The notes beneath the pieces are model-generated. The model was not told the DNA's origin and did no database searches. It saw only the letters and a program-made list of their open reading frames with translations. Below are positions 50,599-64,000 of a DNA stretch of 64,000 bases, one piece after another. Position 1 is the first letter of the stretch; each line of letters opens with the position of its first letter. This DNA comes from Octopus vulgaris (taxonomy: Eukaryota): contig OX597815.1 in assembly GCA_951406725.2 (NCBI GenBank), forward strand, positions 193,812,001-193,876,000, in the 5' to 3' direction. The position numbers and the translations under genes were made by a program.

Positions 50599-50997
50599 TA
50601 TATGTTCAGATATATAGTCAATTCAAAGAAACAAACAATTAAAAAAAAAAGACGCTCGGTGAAAGGAGGGAGTTGTTGTTAACGTTTCGAGTATTGTGAG
50701 ACTGACTCCGTTTCGAGCCACTTGGCTCGTCCTCAGTTGTGAGCACCCGGACACCAGAGCGATCTCGCGATCCTGTTGTCTACTAGAGGATGGTAGGGGC
50801 TCGCCCTCCACCCCTGCTAGCAAGATATATTGTATATAAAGGGTGCAGCATCGCACCGATAACCAACTGACGGAAGATCTACCTTAAGTTAAATTAGTAG
50901 TAACAAGGAACAGCCACTTTGATGTGGTGATTGTCTTTACTTGTTAGTATAGTTACTCTCCGATCTCTTCTTGAGATTTTACAACTAGCTATTTTGC

Positions 50998-51079
<82 letters not shown>

Positions 51080-51276
51080 TGTGTGTGTGCAGATTTGTAT
51101 GTTTTGCATTATGTATGTATTCTCTTGCATATATTTGCATATCTAGACATGCTCATATATATTTAGATGATAAACTTTTGGAAAGTTTATGTATGTACGT
51201 ATGTATGTATGTATGTATGTATGTATGTATGTATGTATGTATGTATGTATGTATGCATGTATGCATGCATGCATGC

Positions 51277-51318
<42 letters not shown>

Positions 51319-51431
51319 GCACGTATGTATGTATGAATGTATGTATGTATGTATGTATGTATGTATGTGTGTATGTGTGTATGTATGTATGTGTGTATGT
51401 ATGTAAGCACGTATGTATGTATGAATGTATG

Positions 51432-51462
<31 letters not shown>

Positions 51463-51701
51463 GCACGTATGTATGTATGAATGTATGTATGTATGTATGT
51501 ATGTATGTATGTATGTATGTATGTATGCATGCATGCATGCATGTATGTAAGTATGTATGTGGTATGTATGTATGTATGTAGATTACATGCAATTATACCA
51601 TACTTAACAAAAACAAAATATAAAAACGATTTTTCAGAAAGAAATGACAACAGAACAAGATTTTTGTTTTTGTTTTTCATCACAAATTTAATACGAAATA
51701 C

Positions 51702-52125
51702 CAACACTGTCTTCAAAGTCTGTATATATTTCAGAGTCTTCTAAACCAAATATATCATATCTCCCTCCACCAAAATCAGTTTTCGAGATCTCCTCGGAAT
51801 GATTCGAAACCAGTTTCTTCAAATTTGCTTCTTTAACGAGCAATTCATCGAGGTAATTTTTGTCCTTGTCCGAACCCGTTCTTTCTCTGCTGTGTATAGA
51901 TATATTCTCTTCTAACATAGAAGAATCAACTAGCGTAGACGGTATTGTAGCAGTTGAGGTATGGCCTGCGGACATTCCTAGCGCTGAGTTCTGTATGTGA
52001 CTAGCCTGTTGTCTCTCTTCGTTGAAACGTTGTTTCTTTAACGCCAGTAACTCTTTTTCTATGGACAACCGCTCCTCTTCCACGGCGAGGCGTCTCTCCT
52101 CTATTAGAAGTCGCTGCTTTTCGAC
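51702..52125 (-). CDS. Probable host exon: coiled coil (VEKQRLLIEERRLAVEEERLSIEKELLALKKQR) followed by an S/T/E-rich region
   Basis: 141 open codons; acceptor TTATTTCATTTGAAG|. Either donor GTTG|GTATTT (phase 1) or read-through to a stop at 51688. Confidence 0.72.
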
Positions 52126-52390
52126 CTTCAAATGAAATAACACATGGGAATGGTCATTAGATATTAGAAACAAGAAATAGGCTTTTAAGTGCTGACGTAA
52201 AGAAGAAGAAGAAGAAGAAGAAGAAGAAGAAGAAGAAGAAGAAGATGATGATGATGATGAACAAGAAGACGAAGAAGAAGATGATGATGATGATGAAGAA
52301 GATGATGATAAAGAAGAACATGATGATGATGATGATGAAGAAGAAGAACAACAACAACAAGAACAACAACAACAACAACAACAATTAAAG

Positions 52391-52458
52391 CAGTGGTTCC
52401 CCAACTTTTTCCGACTGCCGTCCCCTTGACACTCGTGCCACATTCTTAGCGCCCCCCC

Positions 52459-52546
<88 letters not shown>

Positions 52547-52759
52547 GCACTACAAACGTAGACCACTTTCTGCAACAAATTCAAAACAGCAATATTTCAC
52601 AAATAAAACTTAACCTAATTAACCCATTACTTTTTTTTAGGGTGACCCCTTTTGGTCACCCTATTATTGCCCCCACTTTTCTTCAACGCCCATCTTGATC
52701 TTCCCGCCGCCCACAGGGGCGGGGGGGTGAGGCAGTACCACCCCCTGTGGGAACCACTG
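52391..52759. mobile_element. hAT/Charlie-like MITE with internal (CA)n
   Basis: TIRs CAGTGGTTCCC / GGGAACCACTG; TSD not recognisable. Confidence 0.65.
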
Positions 52760-53130
52760 TAAATGGATCAAACTGATTGGATTCCATCCCAAGTATTTTC
52801 TTTCTTTTCTTTTGCTGCATAACTCACGTTCCAATGTATGAAACTTCTTTTGACTTTTGATTTTCGAAGACACAATGTCGAAGAAAGATTTCATGAATTT
52901 CTTTAATAAAAAAAAAACGTAGCCGTCACAGACCAGCAAGTATGAATTGATAGCAAGTACCATTCGAAAGTATGCTACATGCGGTCTTCCGCAAAAATAA
53001 TTTCGCCCAAGCTTTCACAAACAGTTTCAGATAAATGGTCGTCGTAGCCCAACGGAAGCTCAAAAATGTAGTCTTAAATAACACAGACACTCTCGTCCCC
53101 ACCCCACCCCACAACACCTATGTCCAAGTA

Positions 53131-53674
53131 TTGAGTTGTCCGGAAAGTTCGTGCCGTTCGACATATTTTAGAACATGGTTGAGTCCATAAAATAGGATTT
53201 GACTACGCCTCCATTTAGAGCACAGTTTAAGTTATCTTTTCGTGGAAGAAGGTTTATGTTCCTGTAACCTGTGTTAATTCTGTAACCTTTTATAATGGAA
53301 GATAAGTTCATTTTCGGCACTTGGTGCTTTGGGAACCAGACAAAAATTGCTGAAGCTCGGCAGAGATGTGTTACCCCATCCTCAATATTCACCAGATATT
53401 ACCCCTTCGGATTTCCACTTATTCAGGTTTCTGCAGAATAGTCTTAATGGTAAAAATTTCAATTCCTTGGATGACGTAAAAAGATACCTTGATGAATTCT
53501 TTGCCATGAAACCATCTCAATTCTGGAAAGAGGGTATTTTCAAGTTTAAAAAAAGATGGAGACGCATTGTGCAACAAAATGGTTCATATTTGGTTGATTA
53601 AAAATGTAATGGCAAGTATTTATTGACCCTTTTCTTTCCTTTAAAAATCGGCACGAACTTTCCGGACAACCCAA
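53131..53674 (+). mobile_element. Internally deleted mariner
   Basis: 26-bp TIRs TTG(A/G)GTTGTCCGGAAAGTTCGTGCCG with TA on both sides; transposase start fused to C-terminal LPHPQYSPDITPSDFHLF. Confidence 0.92.
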
Positions 53675-54214
53675 TAAAATCCAAAATGTGAAAACCAGAG
53701 AAGACTGGAGCAACGTCAAATGGAGAGCTTTACTCAAGGACACAACACGCTGAACCCAATAACAACGAGGTCACGAGCCTTCACAAAGCAATATATTAGA
53801 TAAATAGAAGCGCATTAGATTCACAGAGGAAGTCACTATGGTTACAAATGGAAATCAATGCACCAACGAAGGAACTTCAACAATCTCGCTTGACCTGCAT
53901 AAATGACAGCGAAATCTTCAAATCTAATCCTAACGTCTTAAAAATGGATTAAGATACAGAATATAGTAATCCTTAATTTAATACTTTAAGAAAGAAAATC
54001 AGGTGGACACGTTTATAACGCCTGGCAAACAATGTAGAAAAATTTCAAACGCATGCAGACACCTTCAGGAAATTGCAAAAGCGACGATAAAAGATATAGG
54101 CGTTTAGGGCGGTAGAGTGGCGAGATTGATTGGGCGTTGGACGGCAAGCTTTGCGGTATTTCTTCCTGTTTATGGAGACTTCAAAACTCAGAAAGCATCC
54201 AAAGTTTTAGGAAA

Positions 54215-54467
54215 CACTGATAATGTCTAACACTCGTAGACATGCTTACAAAATCAAAAAAAACAACACAGCGCCCATGACTTTCGGAAACATTTTTTCA
54301 CGCTCAGAATTACTGAAGCATGGAATAAACTACCTGCATCAGTATCTGTTGGTAGCTGTCGAAACACTACATCCTTCAAGACTTCCATACTTTCTGAAAT
54401 TCGCCAACAGTACACCTGATGACCCACACTCGTGTTTCTTCTTTTTCTTGGGTTGTAATACAAGTTC

Positions 54468-54470
<3 letters not shown>
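54215..54470 (+). pseudogene. CR1-group LINE 3' remnant
   Basis: Frameshifted NTRRHAYKI...FFTLRITEAWNKLPASV...SFK. Confidence 0.7.
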
Positions 54471-54510
<40 letters not shown>

Positions 54511-54820
54511 CCCCAAAAAAAACGAAGAACAAACACACAAAAAAACAACGTGAGGACGTGTCACATGTAAAGTATTAGCAGACGCTCAGGGAAGGAAAGG
54601 AACACACAGAAATACTATGGACATCGACATGCTCAATTACTCCTTCGTCAGTTATCAACTAAATATCATTACAATTTCGACACCTTCCATAAGTATTGTT
54701 CAATTTTTGCAGTGTCAGCAACATAAGCTGCTGGAGTATAAATGAGTGGATATGTAAAATGAATGTAAACAGCAGCAACTTGGGCGAGTGTCTTCTGCAT
54801 GAAAATGGGAGGACAGAAAT

Positions 54821-55466
54821 GGGATCTTTTCCTTTTGAACGGCAGTTTTCAACACAATTTTTAGTTAACTAAACACTTTTAAACTTCGTATACTGGTAGA
54901 ATGTGTTTATAAAACATCATTTTTTCTTGGCTTTATTGAGAAAATTCTATGGTTTGTAAGATATTTCCACTTTAATTTCGAGCATTTCGGCAATTTTAAC
55001 CAATCGCTGGAGTCCATTTGGGGTGAAAACATTCCTTGCTGTATGAATATGTCCCTGGTTTAAGAAACAGATTGGGTTTATTTACATTTGCGAAGAAAAA
55101 AAGATACCCTTCCCCCACCCCTAACTCTAACTAACCCTAACCCTAAAACAGATCGAAATGCAATAGATCGATACTAGGGTTATAATTATGGGTGACAATT
55201 TCATACGACACCGCTACGGAAAATGGGATTTTTTTCTAGCGGTGTCGTATGAAAATGTCACCCATAATTATAACCCTAGTATCGATCTATTGCATTTCAA
55301 TGTTTTAGGGTTAGGGTTAGGGGTGGGGGAAGGGTATCTTTTTTTCCTTCGCAAATGTAAATAAACCCAATCTGTTTCTTAAACGAGGGACATATTCATA
55401 CAGCACGGAATGTTTTCACCCCAAATGGACTCCAGCGATTGGTTAAAATTGCCGAAATGCTCGAAA
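54821..55466. mobile_element. TTAGGG-bearing MITE with an inverted partial duplication (~245-bp arms)
   Basis: Same family as 39750-40188; arms ~54975-55222 and ~55229-55466. Confidence 0.8.
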
Positions 55467-56061
55467 CTTTTAGCAGAGTGCAGTGTGTTGTAAACATTGA
55501 GACAACATCTACAGCTTGAGGTTAAACCTCAAGTCCATAACCACATGTCCCATTCTTTTAGTATAGCAACTCACAAGTTGGAATAAAATATTTCAGATCA
55601 TAGGCGCAATTGGTGCTCAAGTGGATGGTCATGTTTTTTGCAATTAGGGAAAAAAGCAAGACTTCGCTAAAAATTTCTTCCCCCCACCTATCCTTTTCCC
55701 CATGACACAGAGACCCTGCAAAGGGTCATAAGATCGATCCTTCCACCATCTCTGACTCAGCCCGTTTTCTAGGTCAAAATTGTGCTTATGATCTGGCATG
55801 TCATTTCATTTTATCTCCTTAGAATATAGAAATAATTTTCTGGGAGAGTATTCTAAATAATTAGAAAACAAAACAAAAAAAAAAACAGGTTTCATACTCC
55901 AGGATGGCAAAGAAAAAATATCTAAAAGAAAAAATACAATAAAATAAAATAAACAAACCATCTAAAACGATCGAATGCTGAAAACATTCGAATGTTGCTT
56001 TTATCTACTTTGCTTTATTAAAAACATAGCTACTGTGTTTTAATAACTTCGGTAGATAAAG

Positions 56062-56148
<87 letters not shown>

Positions 56149-56909
56149 GTTGTATCTATGGTTACACGCATGACATTTCATTCTGCAGATTAGCAATATG
56201 TAACAGTAACACGAGATATCTGTAAAATCGCAGTGGAGCCAATGTGGACATTGGACAATCAGACTTCTAGTATGCTATAATGATGCTAAAGTGATATTAC
56301 ATATCTCACTGTTCTGAGTTCAAAATCTAAGAAGGAAAGATCTAATTAATTAACTCAGCCATTTTTCAAGCCATAAAGATGGCTAGGTGAGGTGTTAACT
56401 GTCTTTCTTCCCATAAAACAGCTGATAAAATGAGCATCGTTGGGATCAGTGAGTTGTTATTGTCTAGCCACAGGTCAATCCTTATCAAACATATCTAGGG
56501 TCAAAAAGCATTCCAGCCTAACTAGGATTATCTAAGATTAAATTATCCAATGTGTCCTTCCTGTTTTGAAGATGACGTGGGTGTGATATAAGATTTGACT
56601 GCTATTTCTAGCAGGTAGAGTAACTGCATAAAGGCTACCTCGTTAGCCTGTAATAGACAGGAGAATTTTTTTTTTGCTATGGGTTAATCAGAAGAAGGTT
56701 TGTACCCATGACCTTTTACATAGTTTCTGGGACCAGCAGTGGGGAGACTGGGGGCCTGGTTGCAATTAGGAAAAAAGCAGGACTTCGCTAAAAATAGCCA
56801 AGGAACAGGTGATGGGGGTTAATCTGGGCAATCTGGGGGTTAATCTGGTATAGTCCATCAAATGGGCTTCTAAATAGATTCCTTCTACCTAACTTCACTC
56901 ACAAAGCTT

Positions 56910-57214
56910 GCTGTTTGTTTCTTCTCGAGCCATGCCTGGCTCATAAGGGCCGGTTTTCCCGGTTTCCTTGGTGTATACGTTCCCCACCTGGACGGGACGC
57001 CGGTCCGTCGCAGGTGAGCTGCAAGATGCAGGAGGAAAGAGTAAGAAAAAGTTGTGGCGAAAGAGTCAGCAGAAGTTCACCATTAGCTTCTTCCGGAACC
57101 GCGTGGAGCTTAGGTGTTTCGCTCATAAACACAAACATCGCCCGGTCTGAGATTCGAACCCGCGATCCCTCGACCGCGAGTCCGTTGCTCTAACCACTGG
57201 GCCATGTGCCACTA
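56910..57214 (-). mobile_element. SINE family C, third tail variant
   Basis: tRNA-like head; TSD CACTCACAAAGCTT at 56896-56909 and 57215-57228. Confidence 0.85.
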
Positions 57215-57332
57215 CACTCACAAAGCTTAAAATACTGTCATTAGCCGTCATTTTTAACGGCCCGGGGCCAGCTAGAGGTGAAGCAAAGCACCACAGCAAA
57301 ACTGTGTAGCATCCTAAAACAACCCATTAAAC

Positions 57333-58028
57333 CAGGGCTGTGGAGTCGGAGTCGGAATCAGAAACAATTAAGGGGTAGCTGGAGTCGGATCGGAGTCGGT
57401 AAAACTATACCGACGCTGATTCTGACTCACATATCTTTATTCTTTAACTAGCAGTATCGCCCGGCGTTGCTCGGGTTTGTGAGGGAAATAACTATATAAG
57501 CATTTTTAGAGAGTTATAGCCAAAAAATAGCAAAAAAAAATGGAAAAAAAATGATGGTAATTTTTTTTTAAATCGTTGACTCATCGTAGATATTTTTAGA
57601 GAGTTACTTCCCTAATATAATAGCGAAAAAATGCATTAAAATGGAATAAAATGATGGTAAATTATTTTTAAAATCGTAGACTCATCGTAGACGCGCGCTA
57701 ATACCCAGAAGGGCTCGATATGAATCACGACTATAAGATACCCGCTTTTGGTTACACTGCACCGCAAAATGTGGGAGTAGATAGGAATCTAAATCGGAGG
57801 AGACAGACACACAACCTTACTTTTATATATAAAGATATAAACCAGTTATAACATATAAACCTACTCAAAGTACAAGCGTATGCATATGCTTTATGAGATA
57901 TGTAGACCAGAATCACTTAATTACATAAAGAGGAGTCGGAGTCGGCATCGGAGTCAGAAGTGCTAATAGTACAGGAATCGGAGTCAGAGTCGGAGTCAAA
58001 GTTTTTATGTTTCGACTCCACAGCACTG
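57333..58028. mobile_element. MITE with (GGAGTC)n subterminal repeats, interrupted by a Helitron
   Basis: TIRs CAGGGCTGTGGAGTCG / CGACTCCACAGCACTG. Confidence 0.75.
57448..57835 (-). mobile_element. Non-autonomous Helitron (same family as 4209-4604)
   Basis: TC...hairpin...CTAG on the minus strand; A|T insertion site. Confidence 0.88.
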
Positions 58029-58737
58029 ATGATAACACACTCAAGCACACCAAACCGACTCTTTGCCAGATACGTCCTTCCGTTTCACTCATCTACTCAC
58101 CGCAACCATTATTTTAAGGACCCACTTTACACACCAATAAACAAACACACTTTTACGAACCAGATGAGCTACCAATACCGGGATGCATCTCAGTCAACAA
58201 AAACTCCCTGGTTGGATGGGCCATGGTTACCACAAAACTATCAGCAGACAGAATTATGATTTACAAAATTGAACAACTTCATGGTCAGCTACATAGACAC
58301 CAAAGTACAGTAAAACCTTACTTTAGGAGGACCCGTTTTACGAGACCCCGACTTTACGAGTTTAATAATAAAAATAAGCAGGTTTTAAACAGCCATTTTG
58401 TGTAGGAGACAACGTCTCAACATAACGCAACACTTGTTTTAGCACGTCTGCACAGCTGCATATAGCAACGGAGCAAAAATGATGCCAAAAAATTGCATTA
58501 CTACTATGGGAAATTATTGCTCTGCTTTACGAGTTTTCGCTTTACGACCGGTCTCCAGGAACGTTCCTTCCAATCACTGCTGTAAACGGTGGAAAAGAGC
58601 TAGAACGTTAAAACTTTGTGTGCATGCACAGCAAGGTCAATCTGTGCCAAGGTCAATCTGTGCCAAGCGGCTTCACTCTGCGTTCTTTAGCTTCGTTACT
58701 ATGGCAATAGTCCAGGTACTTATTGATCAGACCTCGA

Positions 58738-58777
<40 letters not shown>

Positions 58778-58782
<5 letters not shown>

Positions 58783-58985
58783 ACCGCGTGTGTACCGTTG
58801 GCGATTTTTTCCCTCTGTCTTCCCTTCTCTGGATCTTTCCTTCTCCTATGTTTCCGACGAAGAGCTCCGCTCGAAACGTTAAACCCTCCTTCTTTCCTTC
58901 TTTCCTGAGCATCCAATAATACTATATTTTTTCCACGTCCTCGCGTTGTTGTGTTTTTTTTGTGCTTTCTTGTTTGGATTAACTA
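58778..58985 (+). mobile_element. Penelope pLTR-like repeat with a variant hammerhead (58850-58884)
   Basis: Same as 22862-23045; terminal part also on the minus strand at ~54505-54600. Confidence 0.65.
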
Positions 58986-59059
58986 TATATATATATATAG
59001 CAGAAGCAACAGAGTGACTCAAGGGCCGAGAGTTTCGTGCGTGGGCACTTATCAAACTA

Positions 59060-59330
59060 GTTTACTGCTCTATTTAACATTGTCCCAAAAGAGATCAAAC
59101 ATGAAAAAGATCCCATCACCTTCAAAATGAATCCCGGACAAATTTCTTCAAGAGGTACCAGATAAGCTACCTATACCGGGATACATCTCAGTCAACAAAA
59201 ACTCCCAGGTTGGATGGGCCAGGGTAGCACAAAACTTGACTTTAAAATGATTTAACAGATCCTGTCGGGTGATGCTCTTGAGTTAGACATGGCCTAGGCC
59301 AACCTTTCGCCGAAACATATCTAAGTTATC
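59060..59330 (+). pseudogene. CR1-group LINE 3' remnant (related fragment at ~58160-58260)
   Basis: LFNIVPKEIK...FK.. / DKFLQEVPDKLPIPGY. Confidence 0.6.
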
Positions 59331-59347
59331 AAAAATAAGTTGTGTAC

Positions 59348-59410
<63 letters not shown>

Positions 59411-59966
59411 TTTACCTGATGCAGTACCAGGCAGTGGCTCTCATGGCTTCTGATCTTAACTGATTGGAAGTGTTATCATGTACATTGTTTTGTCTTGGTA
59501 TAAAAGATGGGCTACAGCAAATATTTTGCTCAATACCACAGATTTGCTTGTCAGTTGTTTGACCTTAACCAGTTGAGCATGTCCCTTAGTGGCTGACGAT
59601 ATGTGCATCTCTGATCACGAGTAGAAGTAGTGGGGGAGCATCATAGCCATGTGTTGAGAGGGATTCTTTGGGGTTTGAATATTTCACCTCTGGAAACATG
59701 GGTGGTTCTTTCAACATCCTTAAACAACCCTTATTCAGGGACCGTTTGAGAGGGATGGGCTACTCAACCTGAAGAAAATTCTAACTGGGCCCCACCTGCA
59801 AGGTCATGTGCTGTTTATCTTGATATGAGATCACCATGTCGCGCACATATGGTTGTGATGCATGTGCCTGGTGTACCTTTATCAGACGGGTAGTCATGAT
59901 GGGTATATTGGGCTTCGTATATTTTACCCCAGTGTCACTTTGATGGCATGAACTGCTCTCTCACTC
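59411..59966 (+). mobile_element. ~550-bp non-coding element embedded in (TAA)n
   Basis: Second copy of 30599-31149; (AAT)n on both sides. Confidence 0.85.
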
Positions 59967-60037
<71 letters not shown>

Positions 60038-60039
<2 letters not shown>

Positions 60040-60293
60040 CGACACATTTGACGAAACAATAGACCATCTCGTTTCGGGATGTCCTGTGCTGACACCAAAC
60101 GAATACAAAAATCGTCACGATAGGGTAGGACAGTATATACATTGGAAGATATGTAAACACTACAAATTCGGCACTCCTGCTAACTGGTATGAACACCATC
60201 CTCAGCCAGTTGTTGAAGGTAAAAATGTCACCATCCTCTGGGATTTTCCAATCAACACTGACAGAACGATCAAGGCTAATCGACCAGACATAA
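60038..60293 (+). pseudogene. R4/Dong-clade fragment (CCHC finger to RPD motif)
   Basis: CDTFDETIDHLVSGCPVL..EYKNRHDRVGQYIHW...ILWDFPINTDRTIKANRPDI. Confidence 0.88.
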
Positions 60294-60427
60294 ATATTAT
60301 AATTATTATTATTATTATGATTATTATCATCATCATCATCATCATTATTATTATTATTATTATTATTATCATTATTATTATTATTATTATAATTATTATT
60401 ATTATTATTATTATAATTATTATTATA

Positions 60428-60485
<58 letters not shown>

Positions 60486-61074
60486 AAGGAAAGGAAGATA
60501 GATTTCGCACTAGTCTTTATTTAGTACGACATTCCCTTTAACTCATCCTGCAACTGTACGTTATGAGTAAGATTTTGTGCATCTAATAGTGTTACACAAT
60601 AGTCCAAAATAGTGTGTGTGTGAACAAAAATCACCCAAGAGATATAGCTCAGAGTGGACAGTGGAACGTATTTAAACAATATAGTCAAATGTAGGTATGT
60701 CAACTATCTTACAATATAAATTCCTTGATTTATTGAAATTATCTTTGTTCCTAGAGGATGTTTCGTAATTTTCAAATGGTAATTAGAACTACCTCCACTT
60801 GGCAATAAGTCTGCCCTTTCTTTAATGGCATGTCAGTTTGGGAGAAATTTTGATTCTTCACATTCTCTCTCCTCAAGTGGAGTAGGTCTTACTTGCCACT
60901 TGGTAATTAGGATATGCCCTCTAGAGCGGGAGTGATGGTGGAACATAAAATACACCAAGTACACAGTTGAAGTGGTTGGCATTAGGAAGGGCATTCAGTT
61001 GTAGAAACTGAGGCTCCTGGCCTTAACACCTATTGTCAATCCATGTCAGCATGGAATACGGACTTTAAATGATT

Positions 61075-61088
61075 ATATATATATATAT

Positions 61089-61124
<36 letters not shown>

Positions 61125-61142
61125 AGTTAGATAGCTAGATAA

Positions 61143-61230
<88 letters not shown>

Positions 61231-61250
61231 GTAGGTAGATAGATAGATAT

Positions 61251-61327
<77 letters not shown>

Positions 61328-61331
61328 TAGA

Positions 61332-61398
<67 letters not shown>

Positions 61399-61400
61399 GC

Positions 61401-61440
<40 letters not shown>
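61075..61440. repeat. Compound microsatellite (AG)n-(GATA/GACA)n-(TA)n; representative of dozens of SSRs in the window
   Basis: Directly visible. Confidence 0.97.
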
Positions 61441-61447
<7 letters not shown>

Positions 61448-61520
61448 AAGTAAGGGTAAAAGAAAAAATTTCTAATGCCAAAATATGCCGAAAATAGACA
61501 CAACGTCAATAACCATGTAA

Positions 61521-61570
<50 letters not shown>

Positions 61571-61854
61571 TTGTAGAAAGTATAACGCATAAATGAATAT
61601 GAATTATTCAAATAAACATTTTTCCTTTTTTTTTATATATATATTTAGAAAAAAAGATCAAATAATGTCAATTTGATATTTAGCAACATATTTACAACTC
61701 AAATTACACAACAGAAACGAATGATTAGAACTGGATATAATCTCAAAACATAATACCCCAAAACCACACAACAGATATATAACTCACTATCCAACAAACT
61801 AAAAAAAAAAGAAGCAAAAACAAAAACAAGCAAAAACAAAAAGAAGCAAAAACA

Positions 61855-61984
61855 GGCTTTCCAAACACGTGGTTTTAGGTTCAGTTCCACTGTGTGGCAC
61901 CTTGGACAAATGTCTTCAACTATAACCTCGGGCCGACTATAGCCTTGTGAGTGGATTTGGTACACGGAAACTAAAAGAAGACCG

Positions 61985-62072
<88 letters not shown>

Positions 62073-62260
62073 GTGTATTTGTGTCTGTATTTGTCCCCCA
62101 CCGCCGCTTAATAACCAGCGGTTCGGCAAAAGAGACCGACAGATTAAGTACCAGACTTTCATAAATTAGCCCCGGGGTCGATTCGTTCGACTAAAAACCT
62201 TCAAGGCGGTGACCCAGTATGGCCGCAGTCAAATGACTAAAGCAAGAAAAATATAAAAGA
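61855..62260 (+). mobile_element. Diverged SINE family B
   Basis: Family B body with a long (TG)n. Confidence 0.8.
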
Positions 62261-63112
62261 TTTTTAAAAAAACTACAGAAAGATTACCAACATTTGTATA
62301 CAGAATAAACCTCAAAGAAATGGATAAAGACGTCGTTTAACAATAAAAACCTTATTTAACAGTCACCCCAACACGACACAAACGCCCTCAACAAACATTC
62401 AACCACTAGGTAAAATAAACAGGAGCACAAAAGATAGAAAAGCACACCTTATATCTGAGTCATAATGTAGACTCATTCCTTGCACCAGACATCCATTCAG
62501 CAATAAATAAATATTTAAATCAGAAGGGAAAATAACCTGTTAGGTAAAAACCAATTCACATACACTTAAAACACCTTGAGCCGGAAAAGAATGACAGCAG
62601 TGATGTAATTAGTAATAAAAGAAAGCGAGCGACCGCTCCCTTCGAGCACATTTTCCAAAATTGGAGTTAAAAATTGCTTGATATGTCACGTACTTTTTTT
62701 ATGTGCTCACCCCACCCCGCTCCTATATTTAAAACCTGGCTAAGTCCCTGAATAACAATACTCACCAACATACGTGGAGTACTGAAAAGCTCCTGGTTTT
62801 AAGGGTAGCGCGAAAGACCTTATTGGAGACCCAAGCTTCAGAGTTTTTAACGGGGCTTAGAAAAACTTCCCTGTTATTTTACAAGACCACTGCAATGTGT
62901 GAATCTGAGAGGGGAATATGTTGAGTAAAATCATAATTAACTGATCCTTTTGTATTTTCTTTTACTCAAAGCCAGGAACTATTCAGCCCCACCCTCGAAT
63001 AAAATATATGATCAATGAGTTAAAATTTCTTAATATGCGCCACGTATCCCTTTTTTAATGTGCTCATTCCCCTCCCGAACTTTAAGAACCTTGTTACGCC
63101 CCTGAATGTGGT

Positions 63113-63610
63113 GAAAGCGCATGGCTCAGCAGTTAGAGTATCGAGCTCACAATACTATGTGGTAAGTAGCTTGCTTACCAACTACATGGTTCCGGGTTCA
63201 GTCCCACTGCGTGGCACCTTGGGCAAATGTCTTCTACTATTGCCTCGAGCCGACCAAAGCCTTGTGAGTGGATTTGCTAAATGGAAATTGAAAGAAGCCC
63301 GTCGTATATATACGAATTCACTATCATGAGATAGTGAGTTCGATTCCCGGACCGGGTTGTATGTTGTGTTCTTGAGCAAGACACTTTATTTCACGTTGCT
63401 CCAGTTCATTCAGCTATAGAAATGAGTAGCGACGTCACTGGTGTCAAGCTGTATCGACCTTTGACTTTCCCATGGATAACATCAATGATATGCATGAGCG
63501 ACTGCTGGTGTTCTACAAACAACTTTGCTCAGTATCGTGCATCGGAGGGGAACTTTCTAGGTGCAATCCCATGGTCATTCATGACCGAAGAGGGTCTTTA
63601 CTCTTTACGC
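63113..63610 (+). mobile_element. tRNA-derived CORE-like SINE interrupted by a SINE-B head (~63155-63312)
   Basis: A-box-like TGGCTCAGCAGTTAG, B-box GAGTTCGATTCC, then GTGTTCTTGAGCAAGACACTTTA. Confidence 0.65.
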
Positions 63611-64000
63611 CCCTGAAAGACAGTACCCACTAACACATACAGCTAACCCTACTCGTACAATGAACCAAAGAGGGAGTCCCTGCTACGTGGTCGGTTGACC
63701 AAACACAGATGATACATATACACCCATTCATTTTATATATAATCAATATAAGTAAAGCTTCTCACTCAATTTCTCTTTATACATTTAAGCACAAAAAGCT
63801 CAGCAACTATTTATGTTGCTTGGCCTACAAGAAACAGTAGCCAAATCTCCTTCAAATTACACTCTACTATAAAAATCGATTGGCTCATACCATAAATAAT
63901 GCAGTTTTTTCAATTGCATGAACTAAAAGTCGGAGGGGGACGGGATAAACTACCTGAATCAACTAGCTATAAAAGCAGGTAATAATTTTACCTGATGTAC

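Noticed and set aside
52126-52584. N-terminal poly-Cys/Ser part of the 298-aa ORF
   Set aside because: Derived from a MITE and (GAA/GAT/CAA)n repeats upstream of a good splice acceptor at 52126.

Overview
AT-rich, microsatellite-saturated animal genomic DNA, not prokaryotic. The repeat landscape (tRNA-derived SINEs with internal microsatellites, Penelope-like elements, RTE, CR1 and R4/Dong LINE remnants, mariner and rosa transposons) most resembles an octopus/coleoid cephalopod genome; this is an inference. Almost all ORF-track entries are microsatellite or SINE artefacts. Only two probable host exons were found, both on the minus strand (51702-52125 and 11932-12221), so most of the window may be intron. 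Main observations: (1) several minimal type-I hammerhead ribozyme motifs in Penelope pseudo-LTRs, two sets arranged as inverted pairs, plus families with a conserved fold but variant catalytic cores; (2) a SINE that repeatedly forms head-to-tail 184-bp concatemers at one fixed junction (GAAATA|GGTATTTC), where its 3' end is complementary to the re-entry site; (3) R4/Dong-like remnants and a non-coding ~550-bp element that both sit in (TAA)n tracts; (4) a 118-bp x ~11 satellite carried inside a TIR element. Coordinates were read by eye and may be off by a few bases.
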